Positions 20,418 through 30,628 of a stretch of DNA of 64,000 nt are shown piece after piece. The notes below the pieces were generated by a model, which did not search any database, was not told the origin of the DNA, and saw nothing but the letters and a program-made list of their open reading frames with translations. This DNA is from Candidatus Levybacteria bacterium GW2011_GWA1_37_16. Lineage in GTDB: Bacteria; Patescibacteriota; Microgenomatia; Levybacterales; UBA12049. Position numbers and translations under genes: made by a program. The stretch lies in the NCBI GenBank assembly GCA_943357985.1, contig CALRGR010000001.1, positions 14,731-78,730 of the forward strand. The letters are read 5' to 3'. Position 1 is the stretch's first letter; every line of letters starts with the position of its first letter.

Positions 20418-21311
20418 ATGGCAAAAGATTATTATCAATCCTTAGGGGTTACAAAATCTGCATCTGCAGATGAGATAAAAAAAGCTTACAGAAAATTAGC
20501 GCTTCAATACCACCCGGACAGGAATAAATCTAAAGAGGCTGATGGAAAATTCAAAGAGGTAACCAAGGCTTATGAAGTTTTATCAGATGCGGGCAAGAAG
20601 CAGACGTATGACCAATATGGACATTCTGCTTTTGATCCTTCGGCAGGCTCAGGACCTTTTGGGCAGGGTGGACAACAGGGTGGTCGTTATGGTCCATTCA
20701 CATATTCTTATACGACTAACGGCGGAGGACCAGCAGAAGGATTTGATTTTGATTCTGGAGGATTTTCTGACCCTTTTGATATCTTTGAGCAATTTTTTGG
20801 AGGCGCAAATCCCTTCGGCGGAGCTCAAGCTCGCAGACGACAGACTTACTCTTTAACAATAGATTTTAAGGATGCTGTTCATGGCGCGGAGAAGAAAGTA
20901 ACTATTGGAGGTAAAACTCAAAATATAAAAATTCCGGCAGGAGTTGATAATGGTTCAAGAATGAGATTTGGAGATTTTGATGTTGTCTTTGAAGTAAAAG
21001 GAAATCCAAAATTTAAAAGAGAAGGAAATGACATAATCTCCGAGCAAGAACTTTCTTTTGCCGATGCAGCTTTAGGAATAGAAGCAGAAGTTGAGACGAT
21101 TCATGGAAAATTAAAAATAAGAATTCCTTCAGGAACGCAACCAAATACTGTTATTAGGCTTGGAGGAAAAGGTGTGCCAAATCTTAGGGGTTCCGGACAC
21201 GGCGACCATTATGTTAGAATAAAATTAGTTGTTCCTAAGAATTTAACATCCCGTCAAAAAGAGTTGCTCCGCGAGTTTGAAGGAACAAAAAATAAGAAAA
21301 CCTGGTTCTAA
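20418..21311 (+). CDS. dnaJ: DnaJ-class co-chaperone lacking the Cys-rich zinc-finger domain (type II/CbpA-like)
   Basis: A J-domain with HPD (YYQSLGV...[15 protein letters not shown]), a G/F-rich region and C-terminal substrate-binding domains. No CxxCxGxG repeats are present. Confidence 0.85.
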   Translation: MAKDYYQSLGVTKSASADEIKKAYRKLALQYHPDRNKSKEADGKFKEVTKAYEVLSDAGKKQTYDQYGHSAFDPSAGSGPFGQGGQQGGRYGPFTYSYTTNGGGPAEGFDFDSGGFSDPFDIFEQFFGGANPFGGAQARRRQTYSLTIDFKDAVHGAEKKVTIGGKTQNIKIPAGVDNGSRMRFGDFDVVFEVKGNPKFKREGNDIISEQELSFADAALGIEAEVETIHGKLKIRIPSGTQPNTVIRLGGKGVPNLRGSGHGDHYVRIKLVVPKNLTSRQKELLREFEGTKNKKTWF

Positions 21312-21675
21312 TGCAAAAATTAATTCTACAATCTATTTTTACCTTTTATCCGCAGTCGGCATCGTGCTTCTTATAATTGGAGTATTCAATAGTTTTCATT
21401 ATGTTGTTGGTATAACAGCCTATGATAAGTATCCACTAAAATATGGGAATGAATCCCGCTGTCAATACATGCCGATTCCTGCCAAGGAAATTAGCGCAGA
21501 AACACCAGCGGACACAGTGGATCAAGAAAAAGCTAAGAAAGAGTGCTTAGATAGTCTTGAAGTAGAGAGAAAAAATACAAAAGTTGATGATCTTGAAAAG
21601 TCAATTGCTTTTACAGTTATTGGTCTTTTAGTTTTTGCTTCTCATTTCTACTTCGCCCGCAAACGAGTGAGTTAG
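21277..21675 (+). CDS. Small hypothetical membrane protein; the start is uncertain and overlaps the dnaJ-like gene end
   Basis: The ORF has an N-terminal and a C-terminal TM helix, with a middle part rich in charged residues. Confidence 0.3.
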   Translation: MKEQKIRKPGSNAKINSTIYFYLLSAVGIVLLIIGVFNSFHYVVGITAYDKYPLKYGNESRCQYMPIPAKEISAETPADTVDQEKAKKECLDSLEVERKNTKVDDLEKSIAFTVIGLLVFASHFYFARKRVS

Positions 21676-21745
21676 ACATTTTCAGACTAATGCTCGCTCG
21701 CAATTAACTAAAAGCTATACGCTATTCTCTATACGCTGCCTATCA

Positions 21746-21774
21746 TTGAAGCCGAGCCTCAATTCTGATATACT
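21746..21774 (+). promoter_or_regulatory. Putative nusA promoter (TTGAAG, 17 nt, TGaTATACT extended -10)
   Basis: Hexamers read from the sequence. Confidence 0.45.
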
Positions 21775-21783
21775 AGCGAAACT

Positions 21784-22920
21784 ATGCCAGCAGTTCAAAG
21801 AAGAAGTGAATTTGAGTTAGCATTAAATCAAGTCGCCAATGAAAGGGGCGTTGATGTATCCGTCGTTTTAGATACAGTTAAAAACGCAATTTTGGCAGCC
21901 TATAAAAAAGATCATCCTGAAGCTGAAGTTGAAGAATATGAAGCAACTTTAGATAGAAATACAGGAGAGGCAAAAATTTTTAACAAAGGTAAAAAAGACG
22001 TAACGCCTCCGGGATTTGGAAGAATTGCGGCCCAAACTGCAAAACAGGTAATACTTCAAAAAATCCGTGAAAAAGAGAAAGAAGCAATTCTTACAGACTA
22101 TAAAGGAAAAGTAGGGGCAATAGTAAATGGGATGGTTTTAAGATTTGCAGGGCCAAATATTATTGTAGATATTGGAAAAACAGAAGCTCTAATGCCGCCT
22201 CAAGAGCAGATTCCAAATGAAAAATATCATTTAAATCAAAGACTTACGGTTTATATTCTTGACATTAGAGAAGGGATAAAGGGCGAAGAAATAATTGTTT
22301 CAAGGGCAAATAGTGGACTTATTGAAGGGCTTTTCAAAAGAGAAGTTCCGGAAGTAGCACAGGGAAGTGTTGTTATAAAAGAGATAGCGAGAGAGCCGGG
22401 AAGTAGAACTAAGATTGCAGTTGCTTCAAATCAGAGCGGAATTGATCCTGTTGGAAGTTGTGTTGGCCAAAAAGGAGTAAGAATCCAAGCAATCATTGCG
22501 GAATTTTCCGGTTTTGAGAAAATAGATGTTATTCAATGGCATGAAAATCCAAAAAATTATATTGCTCAGTCTTTGTCTCCTGCTAAAAATGTAGAAGCTA
22601 CGGTTGATGAGAAAAGCAAAACTGCCCATGTTATCTTACCTAAAGAGGAGTTGTCACTTGCTATTGGAAAAGAAGGACAAAATGTCCGTCTTGCATCAAA
22701 ACTTACTGGATACAGAATTGAAATAGAAGGAAAAGAGGAGGAGATTTCAGAAGCTGCTGGTAGCACTTCGCACGTTTTAGATGACTCTCAGCCAGCTCCA
22801 GTGGAAGCACCAAGCTCAGAACCCGTTTCCAGTTCATCTGAAAGTGAAAATGTTCCCGTCGTCTCCAAAGCAAATGAAGAAGAAGTAAAGAAAGAAGAAG
22901 TTCAAGCTAGTCAGTCTTAA
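21784..22920 (+). CDS. nusA: Transcription termination/antitermination factor NusA with an acidic Ser-rich C-terminal tail
   Basis: NusA N-terminal domain, S1 and tandem KH regions (GAIVNGMVLRF..., GSRTKIAVASNQSGIDPVGSCVGQKGVRIQAI). The tail reads EAAGSTSHVLDDSQPAPVEAPSSEPVSSSSESE. Confidence 0.9.
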   Translation: MPAVQRRSEFELALNQVANERGVDVSVVLDTVKNAILAAYKKDHPEAEVEEYEATLDRNTGEAKIFNKGKKDVTPPGFGRIAAQTAKQVILQKIREKEKEAILTDYKGKVGAIVNGMVLRFAGPNIIVDIGKTEALMPPQEQIPNEKYHLNQRLTVYILDIREGIKGEEIIVSRANSGLIEGLFKREVPEVAQGSVVIKEIAREPGSRTKIAVASNQSGIDPVGSCVGQKGVRIQAIIAEFSGFEKIDVIQWHENPKNYIAQSLSPAKNVEATVDEKSKTAHVILPKEELSLAIGKEGQNVRLASKLTGYRIEIEGKEEEISEAAGSTSHVLDDSQPAPVEAPSSEPVSSSSESENVPVVSKANEEEVKKEEVQASQS

Positions 22921-22952
22921 GCTATGAGAACTTCTTTGTCTTATCAAAAAAT

Positions 22953-24413
22953 ATGGATAAAAACTCAGATAAATCTACAACTTCAGATTCTTTGATAGTT
23001 CCCGTTGTTGCAGTACTGGGTCACGTAGATCACGGAAAAACCACACTTCTTGATGCAATAAGGAAAACCGATATTGCAAGTCGCGAGCATGGGGGAATTA
23101 CTCAGAGTATTGGTGCCTCAAAAATAGAACTTGTCCATGAAGGAAAGAAACGATTTATAACTTTTATTGATACGCCTGGACATGAAGCCTTTGCAAAAAT
23201 GAGAGGAAGGGGCGCACAAGCTGCGGATTTGGCTCTTCTTATTGTTTCTTCCGTTGATGGAGTAATGCCACAAACAAAAGAGAGTATCCAAATTATAAAA
23301 GCAGCAAAAGTTCCTTTTATTGTAGTTTTGACCAAATCCGATTTACCTGATAAAAATATTGAAATGGTAAAACAGCAATTGGTAAAAGAGGAAGTAATGA
23401 TTGAGGGATACGGTGGAGATGTTCCTGTTATTGAAGTCTCTTCAAGGAAAGGTGACAACATAAAAGAACTTTTGGATTTAATTTTGCTTGTTATGGAAAT
23501 GTCAGGAGAGAAAAAAGGATCCGAAAATGGAGAGCTTGAGGCTATTATTATTGAATCAAGGCTTGATCAAAAGTCAGGCCCAAAAGCCACCGTTGTTGTT
23601 AAAAATGGAACTTTAAATGTAAGAGATGAGGTTTGGGCAGGAGACGCAAAAGCAAAAATAAGAGCCTTGATTACAGATAAAGGAGATCAGGTTAAAAGTG
23701 TGACCATTGGGGAAGCGGTTGAAATTTTGGGGTTTGAAAAAGTTCCGCCAGTTGGATCCGTAGTTCATAAAGGCTTTATCACGTCAACAATACAGACTGA
23801 AGCAACTCAAGAGCCTGCAGCGTATAATCCAAATTTTTCAGAGCAGGAGCATCCTGTTTCAATTATTCTAGCAGCAGACACTCAAGGTTCTCTTGAAGCA
23901 CTTTTAAATGCTTTGCCGCCTGAGATAAATATTGTTCTTGCAAAAACCGGCGATATTTCTACTGCAGACGTATTGCTTGCAAAACCAACAAAGGCATTAG
24001 TTATCGGTTTTAATAAAAAGATTTCCGGTGATGTTGCAAATCTGGCAAGAACAGAGAAAATAATTGCTAAAAATTATAATCTAATCTATGAATTAATAGA
24101 TGAATTAAAAGACGCACTTGTTGGTAAGAAGCTTTCATTTGAAGAAAAGATATTCGGTGTCGCACAAATTCTGGCATCTTTCCCATTTGATAAACAAATA
24201 GTTATTGGAATTAAAATAACAGACGGCAGAATTGCAAAGGGAGATAAAGTTAGAATTGTCAGAGGGGAAAATATTATTGGAGAGTCATCGGTTACATCTC
24301 TTAGGCAAGGGAAGAATACCCTCTCTAAAGTAGAAGGGGGTCAGGAAGCGGGAGTAATACTTTCTCCCCAAATTGACTTTAATGTTGGCGATATGCTAAT
24401 ATCCCATGACTAA
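22953..24413 (+). CDS. infB: Translation initiation factor IF-2 (short form without the N-terminal extension)
   Basis: [22 protein letters not shown]...DTPGHEAF G-domain, followed by the IF2 beta-barrel and C-terminal domains. Confidence 0.9.
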   Translation: MDKNSDKSTTSDSLIVPVVAVLGHVDHGKTTLLDAIRKTDIASREHGGITQSIGASKIELVHEGKKRFITFIDTPGHEAFAKMRGRGAQAADLALLIVSSVDGVMPQTKESIQIIKAAKVPFIVVLTKSDLPDKNIEMVKQQLVKEEVMIEGYGGDVPVIEVSSRKGDNIKELLDLILLVMEMSGEKKGSENGELEAIIIESRLDQKSGPKATVVVKNGTLNVRDEVWAGDAKAKIRALITDKGDQVKSVTIGEAVEILGFEKVPPVGSVVHKGFITSTIQTEATQEPAAYNPNFSEQEHPVSIILAADTQGSLEALLNALPPEINIVLAKTGDISTADVLLAKPTKALVIGFNKKISGDVANLARTEKIIAKNYNLIYELIDELKDALVGKKLSFEEKIFGVAQILASFPFDKQIVIGIKITDGRIAKGDKVRIVRGENIIGESSVTSLRQGKNTLSKVEGGQEAGVILSPQIDFNVGDMLISHD

Positions 24414-24415
24414 AC

Positions 24416-25498
24416 ATGAATGAGCCTAGCTTTTCTCAAGCAAGAGAACTTATTGATAATAATGAAGCCATTGGAATAGTTGTTGGAAAAAATCCCAACA
24501 CGGATGCGATGGGGGCCGCTCTTGCTCTATATTTATCTCTCCAAGCCTCCGGTAAGAAAGTTTTCATAGCATCTGCAACACAGCCTATTGTAGAACTTTC
24601 AAATCTTGTTGGAATTGATAAAGTTAAGGATAGCTTTGAGGGAGAAGGCGGGGATTTGATAGTATCTTTTCCTTACAAAGAAGGAGAAATAGATAAAGTT
24701 TCCTATACTCTTGAAGAAGGTTTTCTTAATATTGTTGTAAAGCCCGGAGAATTAGGACTTTCTTTTACGGAACAGGATGTAATCTATAGAAGAAAAGGAC
24801 AGTATCCGGGACTTATTTTTACAGTTGGAGTGCCTAGAATTTCTGACCTTTCCTCTGTTTTTGACATAAGTGCTTTAAAAGATACCCAAATTATTAATAT
24901 AGATAACGGTGCGGAAAATCAGGGATATGGGGACGTAGTTATTATTGACCTTAACTCTTCTTCTGTTTCTGAACAAGTTACAAAACTTATAGTATCTTTA
25001 GGATTTGAGATAGATTTGGATGTTGCTCAAAACTTATTTTCTGGAATCGCACAGGGTACAAGCAACTTTCAGGATATAAGTACATCTCCTCAAGCTTTTG
25101 AAATGGCTGGAATGCTTATGAATAAAGGCGCAATTAGGCAAAGAGTTGAAAGAATGGAAAAAACTATTCAGTCTCAGGAAGAAAATTTATTTGAACCCCA
25201 AAATCCGGGAGAAGTATTACAACAACTGTCTCAAATACAAGGATATCGTGGACAGCAACAAAAGAGATTTGAGAATAAGGGAACCCGCTTGCAATCGCCT
25301 CGCGGCGCATCTAGTGGCGGGCAGGGAAATTTCCCTCAAAAAGTACAACAAAATCAATTAAGACCACAAAAGCAAGAGCAACCTCAATCTCAGGAGCAAA
25401 CCCAAAACCCAGACCTGCCTGTCGGCAGGCAGGATCTTAAAAATCCACCCGAAGAATGGCTTACGCCAAAAGTTTACAAAGGTTCCACCAACGTCTAG
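24416..25498 (+). CDS. NrnA-like DHH-family protein with degenerate catalytic motifs and a Gln-rich low-complexity C-terminal tail
   Basis: It aligns with NrnA, but motif I DPD has become NPNTD (VGKNPNTDAMGAAL) and motif III DHH has become DNG (NIDNGAENQGYGDV). No GGGH DHHA1 motif is present. The tail contains QQQKRFENKG...QKQEQPQSQEQTQ. Confidence 0.6.
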   Translation: MNEPSFSQARELIDNNEAIGIVVGKNPNTDAMGAALALYLSLQASGKKVFIASATQPIVELSNLVGIDKVKDSFEGEGGDLIVSFPYKEGEIDKVSYTLEEGFLNIVVKPGELGLSFTEQDVIYRRKGQYPGLIFTVGVPRISDLSSVFDISALKDTQIINIDNGAENQGYGDVVIIDLNSSSVSEQVTKLIVSLGFEIDLDVAQNLFSGIAQGTSNFQDISTSPQAFEMAGMLMNKGAIRQRVERMEKTIQSQEENLFEPQNPGEVLQQLSQIQGYRGQQQKRFENKGTRLQSPRGASSGGQGNFPQKVQQNQLRPQKQEQPQSQEQTQNPDLPVGRQDLKNPPEEWLTPKVYKGSTNV

Positions 25499-25509
25499 TA
25501 AATCTACTC

Positions 25510-25538
25510 TTGAGATAAGCGTAAGAAGCTGGTATAAT
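25510..25538 (+). promoter_or_regulatory. Putative rpsO-pnp promoter (TTGAGA, 17 nt, TGgTATAAT extended -10)
   Basis: Hexamers read from the sequence. Confidence 0.5.
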
Positions 25539-25594
25539 ACATTCTTAGTTCAACGAAATTATAAATTTTGAATTTTAAATTATAAATTAACTTT

Positions 25595-25867
25595 ATGCCG
25601 CTATCGCCAACAGTAAAAAAGGAAGTTATAAAACAATTTCAAACCGTAGAGGGAGACACGGGAAGTCCTGAAGTGCAAATTGCTCTTTTAACTACTAGAA
25701 TTGATAGACTTGCAGAGCATCTTAAAATGCACATTCATGATGTACACTCAAGGCGCGGACTTTTATCTATGATTGCAAAAAGAAGAAGACTTGTGAACTT
25801 CCTAAAAAAGGTGGATAAAACCCGCCACACCACAATTGTTAAGAAAATTGGAATTAAGGATAATTAA
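25595..25867 (+). CDS. rpsO: 30S ribosomal protein S15
   Basis: GDTGSPEVQIALLTTRIDRLAEHLKMHIHDVHSRRGLLSMIAKRRRLVNFLKK is a canonical S15 sequence. Confidence 0.93.
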   Translation: MPLSPTVKKEVIKQFQTVEGDTGSPEVQIALLTTRIDRLAEHLKMHIHDVHSRRGLLSMIAKRRRLVNFLKKVDKTRHTTIVKKIGIKDN

Positions 25868-28167
25868 TGGAAAAAAATAAAATAGAAGAAACCCTCAAAA
25901 TTGCAGGAAAAACTCTCACTTTCCAAATAGGAATGTTGGCTGTTCAAGCAACGTCATCAGTGTTGGCGCGTCTTGGAGATACTGTGGTTTTAGTAACCGT
26001 AGTTGAAGGCGGAAAAAGTGACTTAGACTACTTCCCTCTCTCGGTTGATTATGTTGAAAGGCTTTATGCCGGAGGAAGAATTAAAGGTTCGCGTTGGGTA
26101 AAACGTGAAGGAAGACCATCTGATGAAGCAATTCTTGCTGGGCGACTTATTGACCGTTCAATACGTCCTCTCTTCCCAAAAGCATTCAAAAACGAAGTAC
26201 AAATAATTGTTACAGTTTTGTCTGTTGATGGAGAGAATGATCCGGATATTTTAGCCTTAAATGCAGTATCTGCAGCAATAGCAATTTCCAGAATTCCATG
26301 GAACGGTCCAATAGCAGCAGTAAGAGTTGGATATGACGGGAAGGATATTGTTATTAATCCAAGTGCAGAACAATCAAAAGATATGGATCTTGTTGTCTCC
26401 CAATTAAAAGATAAAACTGTCATGATTGAGGCTGGCGCAAATCAGATAACGGAGGAAATTTTGGTTGAAGGAGTTGAAAAGGCACACATTGAAACTATCA
26501 AAATTATTGAGGCAATTGAAAAATTAGTAAAAAAAGCTGGACAAGCAAAGCTTACGGTTCCGGAAGAAACTAAGCTTTATGAAATAACAGCCTTGGTTGA
26601 AAAATCTTATAAAGAAGAAGTTCAAAAATTAATTGAACTTAGGGTTGGTAAAGAAGGCGGTGGAAATGAAACACATTCTCTAGTTGATAAAATTTACGAA
26701 GATACAAAGTTAAAAGATCCTGCAGCGGAAATAGATAAAAAGACAATAGCGGCAGCTGTTGAAAAAGTAATGTTTAAGATAATCCGTACAAATGTTCTAA
26801 AAACAGGAAGACGCGCAGACGCAAGAAAAATGGATGAAATCCGCCCTCTTGATATGAGTGTTGGACTTTTACCTAGGACCCACGGATCTGCTTTATTTCA
26901 AAGAGGAATTACACAAGCCTTGTCAGTTGTTACTTTAGGATCGCCTAGAATGGAGCAATTGATAGAGTCTGCAGAAGGCGAAGTAAGTAAAAGATATATG
27001 CACCACTATTCGGGACTTCCTTATTCATTTGGTCAAACAGGAAGAGTTGGTACTCCTTCAAGACGTGAAATAGGACATGGAGCACTTGCTGAAAAAGCAA
27101 TCATTCCAGTTATTCCAAGTCAGGAAGATTTTCCTTATACAATTCGCGTAGTTTCGGAGGTTTTGTCGCAGAACGGTTCAAGCTCTATGGCATCAACTTG
27201 CGGTTCAACCCTTGCTCTTATGGATGCGGGTGTGCCAATTACAAAACCTGTGGCCGGAATTTCAATTGGAATGATATCGGATGAAAGCAAATATGAGCTT
27301 TTGACAGATATTATTGGAATTGAAGATTTTTGTGGAGACATGGATTTCAAAGTTGCAGGAACAGATGCAGGAGTTACTGCAATTCAACTGGATGTAAAAA
27401 TTCCGGGGCTTACAGTTGAACAAATTAAAGCTATTTTTGCAAGATCAAAGACTGCCAGACTAGAAATCCTTAAAAAGATGCTAGAAGTTATTCCAGCACC
27501 AAGAGCAAATATTTCTCAGTATGCGCCTAAGATTGAAACAATTCATATTCCTGTTGATAAAATTGGGGAACTTATTGGACCCGGCGGGAAAATGATTAAA
27601 CATATAATTGCAACAACTGGAGCACAAGTTGATGTTGAAGACGATGGAAAAGTTACCGTTTCCGGAGTTGAACAAGAAGCAGTTGCCAAAGCAGCCAATT
27701 GGGTGAGGGATATGATGAGAGAAGTTGTAGTTGGGGAAATTTTTGAAGGAGAAGTAAAAAGAATCCTTCCTTTTGGAGCATTTGTTGAATTCTTACCAGG
27801 GAAAGAAGGAATGGTACACGTTTCTCAAATGTCACAAGGATTTGTAAAAGATCCCCGTGACGTTGTTAATATTGGAGACAAAGTTAAAGTTAGGGTATTT
27901 GAAGTTGATGAGCAGGGAAGAATAAATCTTTCAATGCTTATGGATGGAGAGAAAAAGGAAACACAGGCTTCGGGCAGGCATGGAAGAGACGAAGGCTCTC
28001 GGGAAGAAGTCGAAGAAAGACAGCCAGATCAAAGACAGCCTGAAGTGCCACAAGCAGGAGAAGTGCATCCGTTAGTACAGCAATTTAGAAGGGAAAGATT
28101 TTCAAAACCAGGCGGACCAGGACGTCGCCCGGGATTTGGTAACCGTGACCGCAAGCCCCACTACTAA
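25867..28167 (+). CDS. pnp: Polyribonucleotide nucleotidyltransferase (PNPase) with an Arg/Gly/Pro-rich C-terminal tail
   Basis: Two RNase PH domains followed by KH and S1 domains (GEIFEGEVKRILPFGAFVEF). The tail reads ...GGPGRRPGFGNRDRKPHY. Confidence 0.95.
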   Translation: MEKNKIEETLKIAGKTLTFQIGMLAVQATSSVLARLGDTVVLVTVVEGGKSDLDYFPLSVDYVERLYAGGRIKGSRWVKREGRPSDEAILAGRLIDRSIRPLFPKAFKNEVQIIVTVLSVDGENDPDILALNAVSAAIAISRIPWNGPIAAVRVGYDGKDIVINPSAEQSKDMDLVVSQLKDKTVMIEAGANQITEEILVEGVEKAHIETIKIIEAIEKLVKKAGQAKLTVPEETKLYEITALVEKSYKEEVQKLIELRVGKEGGGNETHSLVDKIYEDTKLKDPAAEIDKKTIAAAVEKVMFKIIRTNVLKTGRRADARKMDEIRPLDMSVGLLPRTHGSALFQRGITQALSVVTLGSPRMEQLIESAEGEVSKRYMHHYSGLPYSFGQTGRVGTPSRREIGHGALAEKAIIPVIPSQEDFPYTIRVVSEVLSQNGSSSMASTCGSTLALMDAGVPITKPVAGISIGMISDESKYELLTDIIGIEDFCGDMDFKVAGTDAGVTAIQLDVKIPGLTVEQIKAIFARSKTARLEILKKMLEVIPAPRANISQYAPKIETIHIPVDKIGELIGPGGKMIKHIIATTGAQVDVEDDGKVTVSGVEQEAVAKAANWVRDMMREVVVGEIFEGEVKRILPFGAFVEFLPGKEGMVHVSQMSQGFVKDPRDVVNIGDKVKVRVFEVDEQGRINLSMLMDGEKKETQASGRHGRDEGSREEVEERQPDQRQPEVPQAGEVHPLVQQFRRERFSKPGGPGRRPGFGNRDRKPHY

Positions 28168-28205
28168 GCTTTGCTCGTGATATACTAAAGTTAGACCTCT
28201 TAATT

Positions 28206-29861
28206 ATGGACAATAAAATATCTTTTATACCTCTTGGAGGCCCCGGTGATGTAACGCGCAACATGTATCTTTATGAGTACAGAAACGAAATACTCATTGT
28301 AGATTGTGGCCTTGGATTTGCTGATGAATCAATGCTTGGAGTTGATCTTCTTTTGCCGGACATATCGTATTTAACCGCGACTAAAAAAAGAATTGTGGGA
28401 ATGGTTTTAACACACGGTCATGAAGATCACATAGGAGCACTGCCTTTTATTTTACCTCAACTGCCAAAAATTCCGGTTTATGGATCTCCGTTAACAGCAG
28501 CTCTGGCCAATGAAAAACTCATAGAATTTGGAATAGTTGATAGGGTAAATGCTGTGCCTTTTGAAAATAATACGGTCTCAATTAGCTCTTTCACATGTTC
28601 TTTTATAAGAGTTACTCATTCCGTGCCGGATACTTCTCATATTTTTATAAAAACTCCTGTAGGTAATTTCTATCATGGTAGTGATTTTAAATTTGATAAC
28701 ACGCCACATGATGGGAAAGTAAGTGACTATGAAAAAATTAAAAAATATTGCCAGGAGGGAATAGTTGCTTTAATGTCGGATTGTTTGGGATCTGAAAGAA
28801 AAGGCCGTACAAACTCGGAAATTATTATACCTCCAATAATTCAGAAAGAACTGGAAAGATGTAAGGGAAAATTTATAGTTACGACTTATTCTTCAAATAT
28901 TGCAAGACTTAATCAAATCATTTCAGCATCGGAAAAGATAGGAAGAAAAGTGTGTTTTGTGGGCCGTTCACTTATAAGAACAAAAGAAGTCGCAAAAAGA
29001 ATAGGATATCTTAATATTTTACAAGGAACGGAAATTGAGATAGGGGAAATAAGAAACTATCCGGACAATAGATTGACGCTTGTTATTGCTGGAAGCCAGG
29101 GTCAGGAAAATTCAGGGATGGCAAGGGTTGCAAATGGAGAACATCGGGATATAAAACTTTCCGAAAATGACACGATTATTTTTTCTTCAGACCCAATTCC
29201 CGGTAATGAAGTCTTGGTTTATGAACTTATAGATACGCTTGCTAAAAAGGGGTGTAGGGTTTTGTATTCTGGATATACTCAAAATGTCCATGTTTCAGGG
29301 CACGCATCACAAGAGGAAATGTTGGAGCTTATTTCTCTGACGAAGCCCGCCAATTTAATACCAATTGGCGGAAATTTTAGGCATATGGCTGCTTATAGAA
29401 GCTTGGTAGAAAGCAATGGATTTAGAAGACAAAATGTTTTCCTAATTGAGGATGGGCAAGAAATTATTTTTTCGGGAAATTTAGCAAAACAAGGAAGAAA
29501 AATTCCTATTAAAAATGTATTCGTGGATCAGATTTCAGGTGGAGAAATTGAACAATTTGTAATTCGCGACAGGCAAAAAATCTCCCAGGAGGGAATAGTG
29601 GTTGTAATGGCGGAAGTAGATGTGCAGACAGGACAAATAGTAAATAAGCCAACAATTATTTTACGAGGTCTTCCATTGAAGGATTCTGATTTAATAAATG
29701 AGAGAGTGCCAAGGGAACTTAAAAAAGCACTATCTAAAAACCGTGGGAGAGTCACAAATCTTCTTAATATAAGAAAGTTTATAAATGAAGTTTCAAACAC
29801 GGTAATATTTAGGGCTACAAGACGCCGCCCTCTAATTATCCCTGTCGTGATTGAAGTTTGA
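28206..29861 (+). CDS. rnj: Ribonuclease J (beta-CASP metallo-beta-lactamase)
   Basis: VLTHGHEDHIGALPFI (HxHxDH) followed by beta-CASP motifs; the length matches RNase J. Confidence 0.85.
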   Translation: MDNKISFIPLGGPGDVTRNMYLYEYRNEILIVDCGLGFADESMLGVDLLLPDISYLTATKKRIVGMVLTHGHEDHIGALPFILPQLPKIPVYGSPLTAALANEKLIEFGIVDRVNAVPFENNTVSISSFTCSFIRVTHSVPDTSHIFIKTPVGNFYHGSDFKFDNTPHDGKVSDYEKIKKYCQEGIVALMSDCLGSERKGRTNSEIIIPPIIQKELERCKGKFIVTTYSSNIARLNQIISASEKIGRKVCFVGRSLIRTKEVAKRIGYLNILQGTEIEIGEIRNYPDNRLTLVIAGSQGQENSGMARVANGEHRDIKLSENDTIIFSSDPIPGNEVLVYELIDTLAKKGCRVLYSGYTQNVHVSGHASQEEMLELISLTKPANLIPIGGNFRHMAAYRSLVESNGFRRQNVFLIEDGQEIIFSGNLAKQGRKIPIKNVFVDQISGGEIEQFVIRDRQKISQEGIVVVMAEVDVQTGQIVNKPTIILRGLPLKDSDLINERVPRELKKALSKNRGRVTNLLNIRKFINEVSNTVIFRATRRRPLIIPVVIEV

Positions 29862-29979
29862 CAAGCATTTCGTGCTTTGATAGTATCTAGTTTGCCATGG
29901 TGATGGATCGACTAGATGCTGCAGGAAATCAAGAGCCAGGAACTCAAGTTGAATCAAGAATTGATGTTATAAGGCACCT

Positions 29980-30534
29980 TTGTCCGCCGAAACTCAGAGA
30001 CTTGTTGAACAATTAAAACAAGAAGGATACGCTATCTATGATCTTGTAGGGAAAACTCCAGTAACTCTAAGAACAGAAGGCATGTCGTTTCGGTATATAA
30101 ATCCAGGTCTTGAGAACGCTTCAACTCTTCCTTCTCTTGTTGCATTTAGACCTAATCCTTCAGAGTTTTTCCTAAAAGGAAGTCAGGGGATTCCGTACGA
30201 GGCACAGCTTAATCTTCTTAAAAAAGAACAAGAAAGAGTTGAAAAACAATATCCTGGCGCCAGCCTTGTTGCTAGAGTTGGTAAGCCTTCCGAATGGGCT
30301 GAAGTGGCTTATGAACATTTTAAAGCAACCGATGGAAGGGTACGTATTTTTGGAAGAGACTATGTATATATTTCGACTTGGACAGACGCTTATGAATCTG
30401 ACGAACCGGGCGCCGACCGTGCCGCTGTAGGAAATTGGCACGAGACTGATGGTTTGCATGTCAATTTCGCTCTTCCCGACGGCGTCCATCCGCGCTTGGG
30501 GTTGGCTTCTCTGGTAGAAATTCCCAGGAAATAG
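29980..30534 (+). CDS. Hypothetical protein (TTG start) in a locally GC-enriched segment
   Basis: 184-aa ORF with no recognisable motif. Its GC content is visibly higher than neighbouring genes (for example ggcgccgaccgtgccgctgtagg). Confidence 0.35.
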   Translation: MSAETQRLVEQLKQEGYAIYDLVGKTPVTLRTEGMSFRYINPGLENASTLPSLVAFRPNPSEFFLKGSQGIPYEAQLNLLKKEQERVEKQYPGASLVARVGKPSEWAEVAYEHFKATDGRVRIFGRDYVYISTWTDAYESDEPGADRAAVGNWHETDGLHVNFALPDGVHPRLGLASLVEIPRK

Positions 30535-30628
30535 GAAATTATTTTTTTGAGATTTTTGTCTTCTTGATTATTAGCTTTTCCGAAAATCATACCTGGCTTG
30601 ATGAGGCTTTTTATAGTATGATATCCGT

